Source: Candidatus Binatia bacterium (GTDB taxonomy: Bacteria; Desulfobacterota; Binatia; Bin18). From it: 64,000 nucleotides of DNA. The first letter of the stretch is position 1, and each line of letters starts with the position of its first letter. The stretch lies in contig OY761159.2 in the NCBI GenBank assembly GCA_963664395.2, positions 2,784,001 to 2,848,000 of the forward strand, in the 5' to 3' direction. Below the pieces are notes generated by a model, which made no database searches, was not told the DNA's origin, and saw only the letters and a list, made by a program, of their open reading frames with translations. Both the position numbers and the translations under genes were made by a program. This document shows, in pieces, positions 32,001-40,730 of the stretch.

Positions 32001-32056
32001 GCGGCACCGGACCCCAGCAGCAGCCCTAGCAACACCCACACAGCCATCCGCCCCAT
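29051..32056 (-). CDS. Secreted surface protein: FN3, PPC-like repeats, Calx-beta, linker, PPC-like, shared domain x2
   Basis: Signal MGRMAVWVLLGLLLGSGAAWA; DHGxxRxTA...DVDYFTI repeats; GTATAGVDY...DDTAIEPNETL...GTILDDD. Confidence 0.88.
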   Translation of the reverse strand: MGRMAVWVLLGLLLGSGAAWAQTPAPPTITSVTPGSGSLHIIWDAPSDTGGSAISAYELHYQSSTYNYAGTVTVDAGVLEYTLSGLLDDWWYGVQVRAHNATGAGAWSDVTPTRTADHGDDRPTAASLPLDSTVLGYISSGSDVDYFTIEPAAATEIHVRTYSGIDTVGQLLDSNGNVLTQNNDGNIDFFRNPKDFSLVYALAAGTTYYLKVSARGSATGFYTLQTETTPDHGNDRATAADLPLNRTVKGAITSSSDVDYFTIDLSATTDITIRTTGGLDTVGQVLDSNGHLIAENNYDVIGRNNFFLARSLPAGIYSIKVSGHAGATGFYSLKTGTGQDTAGPADAAELTITPQVHRDTAGGLIAPAGDVDYFRIELPAATDLVIRGIAALTLAPQLRLVGELLDSNSMSIATSEAVSFASKDFLLQRRLEAGVYYLKVRGATDQQTGLYEVEVAVEFVEITVNNSAAAEGTPIRFTVQLSAPVPADIILDWHMSDIRVGTATAGVDYPANQSGSVTIPAGESTRTITVQTTDDTAIEPNETLLLFVTTNSLPFGVRIVNVGTDGALGTILDDDRPPPPPPPGNTGGTGGGGGGSGPQDRHGDSPGQATAVSLGGTAPWTSSTPGQANSADDVDYFTLSVPHAGVLVVETTGSTDTVGTVWLNDVELGMADSGGARRNFRLSVPVAAGLVVVAVAGNGRQTGTYTVETYLVVGFLENPGADSFQSGIGVLSGWVCEAETVEIQLNGTPQEAAYGTERLDTAGVCGDTDNGFGLLFNWNLLGDGEHEVVARVDGVELGRAMVTVTTFGEEFLRAAAGECLVEDFPHAGERVRLVWQQNSQNFAIRAGPAPTGMNRAGSAEVGYLENPGPNSFQSGIGVLSGWVCEGDEVEIEITTEGGAVRRHVAAYGTERVDTAEACGDTDNGFGLLFNWNLLGEGEHEVVAFVDGVELGRATVRVTTLGEEFLRGVEGECVIEDFPGLAQTVTLEWQQTSQNFVITDVE

Positions 32057-32127
32057 GTTTCCACCAGATACGAAACGCGATGCATAAGATAACTCTTCTC
32101 TCCTGCTCCCCATTACTCCTCCTCCAC

Positions 32128-32245
32128 CTGGGTCACGACAAAGTTCTGGCTGTTCTGTTGCCACACCAGCGTCACCGTCTCCCCCACCATCGGAAAGTCC
32201 GCCGCCGTACATTCTCCCCCAACGCCACGCAGAAACTCTTCTCCC
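32128..32245 (-). pseudogene. Leftover fragment of the shared domain directly behind a promoter
   Basis: Degenerate EEFLRGVGG...DFPMVGETVTLVWQQNSQNF copy upstream of the next gene's start. Confidence 0.7.
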
Positions 32246-32316
32246 GTGGATGGTGTAGTCCCCGACCCCTGGAGAAGGGTCCTATACTGCTACAGCAAGG
32301 ACGCGGTCCTTGTCCC

Positions 32317-32330
32317 CTATCAGATGATAG
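32317..32330 (-). promoter_or_regulatory. Operator copy between LuxR gene and surface gene 29051-32056
   Basis: ctatcagatgatag. Confidence 0.75.
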
Positions 32331-32351
32331 AAAAATAACCCTGTCCGGGGG

Positions 32352-33488
32352 TCAGGCGAACGCGGCGACCGACAGCACCAGCCGCACCAAGTCCACCTGC
32401 CCGGCGAGGCCCTGCTTGTGGTAGATTTGATGCAGGTACCACCGGACCGAGCGTTCCGTATACTCCAGTGCCACGGCAATCTCGCGTACGGTCTGGCCTT
32501 CCGCCACCCAGGCCGCGATCTGGCTCTCCACCGGTGTCAGCCCCAGGGTCACGGCCACTAGGGCAGGGTCGATGTGGGACACCAGCCCCCGCTCGACCAG
32601 CAGCACCTGGGCAGCCACGCGCCCCGCCCCAAAGTCCATCTGCCGGACCCCCACCGGTTTGACGTGCACCACGAACGGTGGCAGCGCGGACGCGCGGTGG
32701 AGCCGCATTGACCCACTGACGGCGGGCGCACTGGAGGTCGGCAGTGCGGCGGCGACCAGCCGCTCCAGGCAGGCATGGTCAGCCGGCACGCGGGCGGCCA
32801 GCACGCCGCCCCGGTCCATCAGCCCGTCGCCCTGCCGCAGGATGGCACGGGCATGGTCATTGGCCTCTACAATCCGCCCGCTCCGGTCCAAGCAGATGAC
32901 CCCGATCCGAGGGGTGTCGAGCAGGGCGGTCATGGACGCGCCCAGTGCTTCGGCTTTGGCCAGCGCCTGCCGGATGCGGACAAATTGTCGGATATGGGGC
33001 AAAAGACGTTCGATCAGCGCGAGCTGCGAGGACGCCCAGCCGTTCGGGGAGACGGGGTCAAGGGGGTGCCAGGCGATGTGGGAGCCGTCCGGCTCGCCCA
33101 GGCGGACATTCAAGCCATCCTGGGCATTCCCCCGGAGAAACGCCTCGTTGTAGGTCGGCGAGGTCCTCAACTCTTGGGGGGTGTACAGGGCGGGGGTGTG
33201 CATCACGCGGCTGTCGGGCAGTTGCCGGAAACGCGGTATGCTTTCGTTGATAGGGTAGTAGACTTCCAGGTACTCGCGCTCCCAGTCCTCGCGGCGCTCC
33301 CCCCGGAAGTAGAGCCCAACGTAGAGGACCCGGCCATCCTCCTCCAGGCTATCACGAATCATCAGGGCATTGCCCACCATGCCGCAGGCATCATCAATCA
33401 GCGCCGAGGTGGCCGGCCATAAGGTATCGTCAAGCATGGCGTCGTATAACGACGCCAGGATCCGCTCAAACGCGTCTTGGTCACTCAT
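32352..33488 (-). CDS. PAS-containing LuxR-type HTH transcriptional regulator
   Basis: GVICLDRSGRIVEANDHARAIL (PAS); LTPVESQIAAWVAEGQTVREIA...SVRWYLHQIYHK (LuxR HTH). Confidence 0.9.
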   Translation of the reverse strand: MSDQDAFERILASLYDAMLDDTLWPATSALIDDACGMVGNALMIRDSLEEDGRVLYVGLYFRGERREDWEREYLEVYYPINESIPRFRQLPDSRVMHTPALYTPQELRTSPTYNEAFLRGNAQDGLNVRLGEPDGSHIAWHPLDPVSPNGWASSQLALIERLLPHIRQFVRIRQALAKAEALGASMTALLDTPRIGVICLDRSGRIVEANDHARAILRQGDGLMDRGGVLAARVPADHACLERLVAAALPTSSAPAVSGSMRLHRASALPPFVVHVKPVGVRQMDFGAGRVAAQVLLVERGLVSHIDPALVAVTLGLTPVESQIAAWVAEGQTVREIAVALEYTERSVRWYLHQIYHKQGLAGQVDLVRLVLSVAAFA

Positions 33489-33659
33489 GCCGGTGCGTCC
33501 TTGTCCGGTTCTTCCAGTGAGGCGCAGTCATGGGATCTGGACAGGAAAAGAAGAGCTGCTCTCGAACGGAGCGCCCCCATATGCCTTCAGCGCTTCACAA
33601 GAGAAGTTCATATACATGCTGTTCGTATGCAGATACCAAATCCTGCGCGCCCCTGTCTC

Positions 33660-33673
33660 CTATCAAATGATAG
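33660..33673 (-). promoter_or_regulatory. Operator copy upstream of the LuxR gene (autoregulation candidate)
   Basis: ctatcaaatgatag; TATCTG 24 bp away. Confidence 0.75.
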
Positions 33674-33689
33674 AAAAATGATTCCGGCC

Positions 33690-33755
33690 GGGGGGCAGAC
33701 GAGCACGGCGACCGACCGCACCAGTCGCACCACGTCCCCCTGCCCAGAGAGACCC
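33690..33755 (-). pseudogene. 3'-end remnant of a second LuxR paralog
   Basis: GLSGQGDVVRLVRSVA versus GLAGQVDLVRLVLSVA at the end of 32352-33488, in the same position relative to the operator. Confidence 0.7.
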
Positions 33756-33912
33756 GGAGAGCAGGTGCGGGACAGGCGGCCTACCAGCGAGGACGCGCGG
33801 CGGAGCGGACGGGAGCAAGGGGGACAAGGGCGGGCCGGGAGGGAAGCCGAGGGCACCGTGAGGGGGAGCGCGCACGAGCCGGGTCCTGCTCGCCTTTTTC
33901 CGCACTCATTCC

Positions 33913-34080
33913 TCACGTCCAGTAGCCATCGTCCACAAAGCTCACATAGCGACCTTTGCCAATAATAAGATGGTCCAGAATGTGGACGCCCATGACCTCT
34001 CCACCCTCTCTGAGCCGTTGGGTGATCGTGAGGTCTTCCTGGCTCGGCATAGGGTCGCCGCTGGGGTGGTTATGCACCAG
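33913..34080 (-). pseudogene. radC: RadC (JAB domain) C-terminal remnant
   Basis: VHNHPSGDPMPSQEDLTITQRLREGGEVMGVHILDHLIIGKGRYVSF read from the minus strand. Confidence 0.85.
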
Positions 34081-34422
34081 TCCACACTGCAAGAAATAGA
34101 AGAGATGTACGATCTCGCGGCGGCTGGATACCTATCTCCTGAAGGTGCGAGGACCTTGGTTGGGCAAGCCCTGGAACGCATTCAGAATATCAGGGAAGAC
34201 GCAGAGACTTTGAATGGCTACACTGAAGAATATGTTGAGAAGTTGGGCGGTTTGGAGCGAAGATTAGGCAGCTTCCAGGCGAATGGTAGTCGTCTGCCGT
34301 TTGAAGGTATGGCGGCGTCGGAAGTTGCGACCTATCGAAAAGTCTTCCAAGCTCTGGCAGAGATATCGCCGTCGCCCCGTACTGCAAAGGAATTGATGGA
34401 AGCTGTTCTGGCCCGCATCTAG
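34081..34422 (+). pseudogene. 3' fragment of a hypothetical gene
   Basis: Protein-like part of ORF 33970-34422; the 5' part of that ORF is antisense radC. Confidence 0.4.
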
Positions 34423-34519
34423 TGCAATTACACAGATTGCGTCCCGTCCTTATCTTGCCGTATTTTGAATACGAGTCGGACGCTGTGGTCGGTGTAAAAT
34501 TTCTCCTAGGACGGGAGCA

Positions 34520-34810
34520 ATGATGAGATCGTATCATTCCTTCCGTTCAACAGTTGAAGTCACCGACATCTCGGGGCATGGGATTTGGCTCGTGACGGGT
34601 GACCGGGAACTGTTTCTGTCCTACGAGGATTTTCCGTGGTTTCGGGACGTACCCATCAGCCAGATAGCCAACGTGGAAGAGCCAACGCCGGGGTATTTCT
34701 ACTGGCCTGGTTTGGATGTGGACCTTGGCTTACAGACGATTGAACGCCCCGAACGATTTCCTTTTAAAGCAGGGAGGATAAATATACGGTGGAACTCCCT
34801 AACTTTGTAG
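34520..34810 (+). CDS. DUF2442-family protein (TA-associated)
   Basis: VEVTDISGHGIWL...LFLSYEDFPWF...YWPGLDVDL...PERFP. Confidence 0.8.
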   Translation: MMRSYHSFRSTVEVTDISGHGIWLVTGDRELFLSYEDFPWFRDVPISQIANVEEPTPGYFYWPGLDVDLGLQTIERPERFPFKAGRINIRWNSLTL

Positions 34811-34820
34811 TCAACTGTCC

Positions 34821-35348
34821 TTGCCAACACTGGGAACCTCCAGAACCCGACCTGGTCTATCAAAGTGTGGGAGTTTTGATGTAGAGGCTTCCAAGTCAGA
34901 ATCGTCCGGTGTCGCATTCGAGGTTAAATACTTAGCCGAAGAGGAGTTGCTTTTTGAAATGGGAGTTGCGGCTGCTGTGTCACCAGATGGGGTGGCCGCG
35001 GGTCATCTGTCTGTTTACTCTCCCATTGATTATTTACTTTTTCGGCTTTTTAAAGCTGCTAAGCAACTTGAACGATCTCCCAACCGAAAAATAGCAGCGG
35101 CAATAATTGAGGACTACGAAGCCTCCTTTCATGTCCCTCTATCGGACTCTTGGATTGATTGGACTCACCCAGAGCTTTTTCTCAGAGACAACATGATAGT
35201 CCCATTCATCAAAGATAGGAAACGAGAGACCCCTAATCTTGAGTCCGAAATTATACGAAGAATCCCAGACCTGGATGAAATTTGGGTTTTTAGTGTCGGG
35301 AACAATTTCGACATTCATCGGAAGCATGTAATCAAGCCGGGAGTATGA
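34821..35348 (+). CDS. Hypothetical protein (possibly truncated, nuclease-like)
   Basis: FDVE...VAFEVK and FKAAKQL in a low-GC ORF. Confidence 0.45.
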   Translation: MPTLGTSRTRPGLSKCGSFDVEASKSESSGVAFEVKYLAEEELLFEMGVAAAVSPDGVAAGHLSVYSPIDYLLFRLFKAAKQLERSPNRKIAAAIIEDYEASFHVPLSDSWIDWTHPELFLRDNMIVPFIKDRKRETPNLESEIIRRIPDLDEIWVFSVGNNFDIHRKHVIKPGV

Positions 35349-35459
35349 TTTCCATTTGAAGGTGGCATACCGCTTTGCATTCTACTGTTTACCACTACCT
35401 TTTCATCCTTCTTTAGGACTTGACCCTCCTTCAAGCTTTGGGCATCACGAAACATCCCC

Positions 35460-35551
35460 GTGACCTCCCGCCTGCGCCGGACGCTCAGCCTTGCCCTGCC
35501 CATTGTGGGTGGCATGATCTCCCAGAACATCATGAATTTGGTAGACACGGA
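35460..35551 (+). pseudogene. 5' fragment of a MATE efflux transporter gene
   Basis: GTG-TSRLRRTLSLALPIVGGMISQNIMNLVDT, then an abrupt break. Confidence 0.65.
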
Positions 35552-36189
35552 TTTCGTGTTCCGCTAGGGGAGACAGGAGGCTCTAAATTATTCCTAGAAG
35601 CACCGGTCTTAACGGGCCGGTGAGGAGTGAAATTCGGAACCGTGGGGGGAGAGTCGTATCTACCTAGCCGAACATCACGCCTCACCGCGGTCCGATGGAT
35701 ACAGCGCGGCGTGGGGGGTAACGCCCGGCCCGGAGCCCCCCTAGCGGGGACCTTCCGTGGGAGTAGTTGGGATTTTGGAGGGTGGGAGGGGTATACCCCC
35801 CCTAGCAGCCAACCGTAAGCCTGTCCGCTGACGCTATGACCCGAAAAAGAAAACCCAACTTCTAAAAAATGCTGAAACAATTTTCACGGGAAAAATTCCG
35901 GGAAAAGTGTCTGGATAGTCTATCCCTCTTGTTTGGAGAGCACGTCTCAGCAGGTCCGAGCTGTTCCCCTCTCTCCTTGCTCGGCATCTGCCAAGCGAGT
36001 GGGCTGGCCACGACCACCCCTTCTTCACCATCTGAACGTCAGGGTCGGGCTCAGACAGTTGTACCAGTCTCAGTATCAATCTCACGCTGGTTGGTAAAAA
36101 CAGATTTGCGCCCAGCCACATCTCTAGCTTCTCGGTCTTAGACGACGAGATGAGAGCCTGGTACCTAGCGTACCGATCCGACATGGTGT

Positions 36190-36410
36190 CCTCTTTGTCG
36201 CGGAGCTTTGCATCGGCACCCCGGTCAAGCAGCAGGGCAGCCACCGCCGGGTTGTCGTTGAACGCAGCCGCCAAACGCAAGGGCGTATCGCCACGATTAT
36301 CTCGCGCCTGGAGGTCAGCACCCCAGTCAAGCAGCAGGGCGACCACCGCCGGGTCAGGAGACTGCGCCGCCCGGTGCAAGAGTGTCACATCGTTCTCGTC
36401 CCGGCTGCTG
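36190..36410 (-). pseudogene. Ankyrin-repeat protein fragment
   Basis: TLLHRAA...VVALLLDWGADLQARDNRGDTPLRLAA...LLLDRGAD. Confidence 0.8.
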
Positions 36411-36435
36411 CATCTTTCTCCCTCAATACCTTACC

Positions 36436-36778
36436 TTAAGCCACTAGCAAGCCCTTCACCATCTGTTCCTTCTCAGCCTTAATCTTCTCCACGAAAACAG
36501 ACGCTGGTTCATCTTTCGGATCTTGCTCGACAAGTCTCCCCCGAACAGCAAGTTGCAGAATAGTCCGCCGGAGATGTTCAATTGTTTCAGGAGTGTCGTA
36601 CAGCAGATCAAAATTCTCACACATGTGTTGCCAATGTTCGGCGAACTCATCTGGATCACTGGCATTTAGGAGCTTGTCGAGGCTAGCGTTGTTGAGCTTG
36701 ATACGGCTGTCGTTACGCTTCTGCTGTTGGGCTTCCAGCTCATCGCATAACGCCATGAGTTGATCGACTTTGGCGACA
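36436..36778 (-). pseudogene. hsdS: Type I restriction specificity subunit fragment
   Basis: VAKVDQLMALCDELE...LRRTILQLAVRGRLVEQDPKDEPAS. Confidence 0.85.
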
Positions 36779-36796
36779 CTGCTTAGCCCCACTAGC

Positions 36797-36825
36797 GTCT
36801 TCCCCACGCATGTGGGGGTGAACTG
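36797..36825 (+). CRISPR. Solitary type I-E-like CRISPR repeat (no array, no cas)
   Basis: gtcttccccacgcatgtgggggtgaactg: 29 nt with a ccccac/gtgggg stem. Confidence 0.6.
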
Positions 36826-37055
36826 GGCGTACTCTCGACTGCCATCACCCAGTCGGCCGTGCTTTTCTACGACCACGGGCTCGGCGCGAGCGAGGTCGAT
36901 CAGGAGTGGCACGGATTGTGAGTGAAGCGGTCCCGTCGGAGAGAATGTGGCAGATTCTACAAGAAAAACCCTCTTTAAGTCATCTTCTTTAGACAAGTTC
37001 ACCGTTCCGTGTCCCGAACGGCTTCAGGCTACCAGGAGCTAACGGCAGTCGGTGG

Positions 37056-37073
37056 GGTGACTTATTGGTGACT
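37056..37073 (+). repeat. Putative integrase arm-type site
   Basis: Identical to 9136-9153. Confidence 0.75.
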
Positions 37074-37121
37074 CAGCGTTTTCTTCCCATTTCATCACCC
37101 CACCTAACTACCTGAAAAGAT

Positions 37122-37197
<76 letters not shown>

Positions 37198-37257
37198 GCG
37201 GCAGTTGTTGTGGAGATTCTACCAGTGAGGTGAACTGCGGGGCAAGCCCGATGCCTT

Positions 37258-37869
37258 TCAATCAATCTGTTGCAATACATCTCGCGCGGCTTGAGCAGGG
37301 TCGGTCGCCGCGCTCAGCGCCGAAATCATAGCAATCCCGTGGGCGCCGGTCTCCAATACTTCGGCAACACGGTCAGCCTTGATGCCACCGATGGCAAAAA
37401 CAGGAACCGCACTTTGGGATACAGCCTCCCGTAAGCGGTTGAGCCCCTGTGGCTCGCCATAGGCGGCTTTTGAGGGCGTATAATAGACCGGTCCGAAGAC
37501 GATAAAGTCGGCCTCCCGGGCCGCAGTAATTTCTTGCTGAGAATGGGTTGAAACGCCGATGAGTTTCTCGGTTCCCAAAAGACGGCGTGCGTCTTTCACA
37601 GAGAAAGAGTTGTGTCCGAGATGGACGCCGTCCGCTTCAACGGCGAGGGCGACATCTATGCGGTCGTTAATCAGCAGTTGAGCCTGGTAGCGCATTGTCA
37701 GCGCACGAAGCTGCTCGGCTCGCTCGTACAGCTCGCGTCCTTCGAGATCCTTTTCTCGCACTTGAACGGCCCGTACCCCACCGTCAAGGGCAGCCTGAAC
37801 GACGTCTACGAGTGGCCGGTTGGCGGTTTGTTTGCGGTCGGTGACGAAATACAGGCGGAAGTTGAGCAT
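37258..37869 (-). CDS. thiE: Thiamine-phosphate synthase
   Basis: VQVREK, INDRIDVA, DGVHLG, GVSTH, TPSK, AIGGI. Confidence 0.95.
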   Translation of the reverse strand: MLNFRLYFVTDRKQTANRPLVDVVQAALDGGVRAVQVREKDLEGRELYERAEQLRALTMRYQAQLLINDRIDVALAVEADGVHLGHNSFSVKDARRLLGTEKLIGVSTHSQQEITAAREADFIVFGPVYYTPSKAAYGEPQGLNRLREAVSQSAVPVFAIGGIKADRVAEVLETGAHGIAMISALSAATDPAQAARDVLQQID

Positions 37870-37886
37870 CGGTAATACGGTCTGAG

Positions 37887-37931
37887 AAACCCCACCCCGG
37901 CGCTACACGCCACCCCTCCCAAGAGGGGATT
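37887..37931. repeat. REP-like hairpin repeat
   Basis: aaaccccaccccggcgctacacgccacccctcccaagagggga; inverted homolog at 50525-50560. Confidence 0.65.
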
Positions 37932-37983
37932 TTCTGAACGGAACGGGCCACCACGGGAACCTGGGTGATTGACCTCTACTGCT

Positions 37984-38766
37984 CTAGGCGATCATTCCGT
38001 CGAGCGGGCTGGAGGCTGTTGCATACAGCTTTTTGCCCATGCGCCCGGCCCGATACGCTTTGCGGCCGGCCTCCACGCCTTGCCGCATGGCATCGGCCAT
38101 CAGAATCGGGTCTTTTGCCGCGGCAATAGCCGTGTTCATCAGCACCGCGTCACAGCCCATTTCCAGGGCAATCGCGGCGTCTGAGGCCGTACCCACTCCG
38201 GCGTCAACGATCACCGGCACGGTACTGTGTTCGAGAATGATACGGATGTTATAGGGATTGCGGATGCCAAGCCCGGAACCAATGGGCGCAGCCAGCGGCA
38301 TGACGGCTGCGCAGCCCATGTCTTCGAGCTTTTGGCATGAAATCGGGTCATCGTGAATATAGGGCAGGACAATAAAGCCATCGTCAACCAGCGTCTTGGC
38401 CGCCTCAAGCGTGCCCGGAATGTCAGGAAAGAGGGTCTTGCTATCTCCAATGACTTCCAGCTTGACCATATTGCCGACTCCAGCCTCGCGGGCCAGTCGG
38501 CAGGTTCGCACCGCGTCTTCGGCGTTATAGCATCCGGCGGTGTTGGGCAGGATGGTGTATTTTTTTGGATCAATGTAGTCGAGCAGATTTTCCTGGTTGG
38601 GGTCAGTAATGTTCACGCGACGGACCGCAACGGTCACAATCTCGGCTCCCGAGGCTTCAATCGCCCGCTTGGTTTCCGTAAAATCCTTATACTTTCCCGT
38701 GCCGACAATAAGCCGGGAGTGGTATTCCTTCCCTGCGAGTATAAATGGATCTATTGGACCTGGCAT
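37984..38766 (-). CDS. thiG: Thiazole synthase
   Basis: [39 protein letters not shown]. Confidence 0.97.
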   Translation of the reverse strand: MPGPIDPFILAGKEYHSRLIVGTGKYKDFTETKRAIEASGAEIVTVAVRRVNITDPNQENLLDYIDPKKYTILPNTAGCYNAEDAVRTCRLAREAGVGNMVKLEVIGDSKTLFPDIPGTLEAAKTLVDDGFIVLPYIHDDPISCQKLEDMGCAAVMPLAAPIGSGLGIRNPYNIRIILEHSTVPVIVDAGVGTASDAAIALEMGCDAVLMNTAIAAAKDPILMADAMRQGVEAGRKAYRAGRMGKKLYATASSPLDGMIA

Positions 38767-38817
38767 GGCATCCTCGCTCTAGCGATCTACTTCCAATCTG
38801 ATTCCGCTCTTATTGCC

Positions 38818-39018
38818 CTAGCCGCCGCCGACAAAGTGCACGATTTCAACCTCATCATCCGGTTTCAGTCCGCAGTTGGCGTACTCGTCGCTCGGGATAA
38901 TATCCCGGTTGACTTCAACCGCAATCCGCTTGTTTCCAAGGCCGAGTTCTTCGACTAAGTCTGCGATAGTTATGCCATCTCGGCACTTCCGCACATCGCC
39001 GTTGAGCCTCAATGTCAT
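38818..39018 (-). CDS. thiS: Sulfur carrier protein
   Basis: IAVEVN...EIVHFVGGG. Confidence 0.95.
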   Translation of the reverse strand: MTLRLNGDVRKCRDGITIADLVEELGLGNKRIAVEVNRDIIPSDEYANCGLKPDDEVEIVHFVGGG

Positions 39019-39132
39019 TGCGGCCTACCATATGCCCACGGGTTTCCCTTTACAACCCAGGAAGCTTCTGGTATCTCCGTCTGCCTATCCAGATGGAGAC
39101 CGTTCCAACCCGCTATACTCAAGGAGTACGAC

Positions 39133-40728
39133 ATGGCTACCGTCACCCGCGCCCTTATTAGCGTGAGCGACAAACGTGGCATCGTTGACTTGGCTCGCGG
39201 CCTTGCCGAACTTGGTATCGAAATTCTCTCAACCGGCGGCACGGCAAAAGCGCTGACCGAAGCCGGGATTGCAGTCACGCCTGTCGAAGATTTTACCGGC
39301 TTTCCTGAAATGCTCGATGGTCGAGTGAAGACCCTCCACCCAAGAATACACGCCGGGATTCTGCATCGCCGGAGCGACCCTAGCCATCTTCAGGCCCTGG
39401 CCGAGCATGACCTCAAACCCATTGATCTGGTTGTGGTCAACCTCTACCCGTTTGAACAAACGGTTGCCAAGCCGGACTGTCGCTTTGCCGATGCGATTGA
39501 AAATATCGATATTGGCGGGCCGTCTCTGTTGCGCGCTTCAGCCAAGAATCACGCCGACGTTGGCGTCGTCGTTGAGCCGGACGATTATCCGGCCATTCTG
39601 GCTGCGCTCAAAGAGCACGGCGAACTCTCCGCCGGGCAAAAGCTCGACTTGGCCAAAAAAGCGTTTCGATTAACCGCCCGCTACGATGGGGCCATTGCAG
39701 ACTACTTGGGCAGCCTGAATGGACCAGATGGAGAAGAGCGACTGCCTTTTGGCGAAACGCTCCACCTGCACTACATCAAGGCTCAAGATCTCCGGTATGG
39801 AGAAAATCCGCACCAGTCCGCGGCTTTTTATCGCAGCCCGGTCATCCAGGAGTCGTGTATTGCCAACGCCAGGCAGCTCCAGGGCAAGGAGCTGTCGTAT
39901 AACAATATCGTTGATGCCAATGCGGCGTTTGCCCTGCTCCAGGAGTTTGATGAAATTGCGGCGGTTGCCATTAAACATACCAACCCGTGTGGCGTGGCAA
40001 CGTCGGCAGATTCCCTGGCCGACGCCTTTCGTAAGACGCGTGCGTGCGACCCGGTTTCGATTTTTGGCGGCATTGTTGGGTTGAATCGCGCCGTTGATGC
40101 AGCGACCGCGCAAGAAATCCTGAACCTGTACGAGCAGGGCTTTCTTGAGATTCTGATTGCCCCGAGCTATTCAGCCGCTGCCCTGAATATGCTGGCGTCG
40201 TCCAAGCGACTCCAGAACATCCGTTTGCTGGAAATCCCGGAGATCGTCGACGCCCAGCCGGCCCGCTATGAAGCCAAGCCGATTATTGGTGGATTGCTGT
40301 ATCAGGAACGCGATACCGGCCAAGTCAATGTGCAAGACTGCGAGGTCGTGACACAACGTCAGCCGACTGACGCTGAGTACCAAGCCCTGGCCTTTGCCTG
40401 GCGGATATGTAAACACGTCAAGTCCAACGCCATTGTGCTGACCTCAAACGATCAGGTCATTGGCGTGGGCGCCGGCCAGATGAGTCGGGTTGACTCTGCC
40501 AAGATCGCCGTTTCCCGAGCGCAGGACTTGGGATTGGACACACACGGGGCAGTGGTCGGCTCGGATGCGTTTTTCCCTTTTCGTGACGGGCTCGACGTGG
40601 TGGCCCAGGCCGGCGCAACCGCCGCGATTCAGCCCGGCGGCAGCCTGCGCGACAAGGACGTTATCGCTGTCGCGGATGAGCACGGCATGGCCATGCTTGT
40701 CACTGGCATGCGGCATTTTCGGCATTAA
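39133..40728 (+). CDS. purH: AICAR transformylase/IMP cyclohydrolase
   Basis: [40 protein letters not shown]. Confidence 0.98.
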   Translation: MATVTRALISVSDKRGIVDLARGLAELGIEILSTGGTAKALTEAGIAVTPVEDFTGFPEMLDGRVKTLHPRIHAGILHRRSDPSHLQALAEHDLKPIDLVVVNLYPFEQTVAKPDCRFADAIENIDIGGPSLLRASAKNHADVGVVVEPDDYPAILAALKEHGELSAGQKLDLAKKAFRLTARYDGAIADYLGSLNGPDGEERLPFGETLHLHYIKAQDLRYGENPHQSAAFYRSPVIQESCIANARQLQGKELSYNNIVDANAAFALLQEFDEIAAVAIKHTNPCGVATSADSLADAFRKTRACDPVSIFGGIVGLNRAVDAATAQEILNLYEQGFLEILIAPSYSAAALNMLASSKRLQNIRLLEIPEIVDAQPARYEAKPIIGGLLYQERDTGQVNVQDCEVVTQRQPTDAEYQALAFAWRICKHVKSNAIVLTSNDQVIGVGAGQMSRVDSAKIAVSRAQDLGLDTHGAVVGSDAFFPFRDGLDVVAQAGATAAIQPGGSLRDKDVIAVADEHGMAMLVTGMRHFRH

Positions 40729-40730
40729 CG

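Noticed and set aside
13388-32245. Diversity-generating retroelement or shufflon behind the repeated domain
   Set aside because: No reverse transcriptase or invertase in the window, all copies are in direct orientation, and differences are not visibly adenine-specific.
20581-33673. True tetO or TetR regulation, or vector contamination
   Set aside because: The spacer is 2 bp rather than 1, there is no tetR/tetA, and the copies are diverged and embedded in native promoters.
33970-34422. Intact 150-aa gene
   Set aside because: Its first ~37 codons are the antisense of a radC remnant, so the ORF is chimeric.
39019-39132. TPP riboswitch before thiSGE
   Set aside because: Short divergent intergenic region with no CTGAGA or other TPP core motifs.
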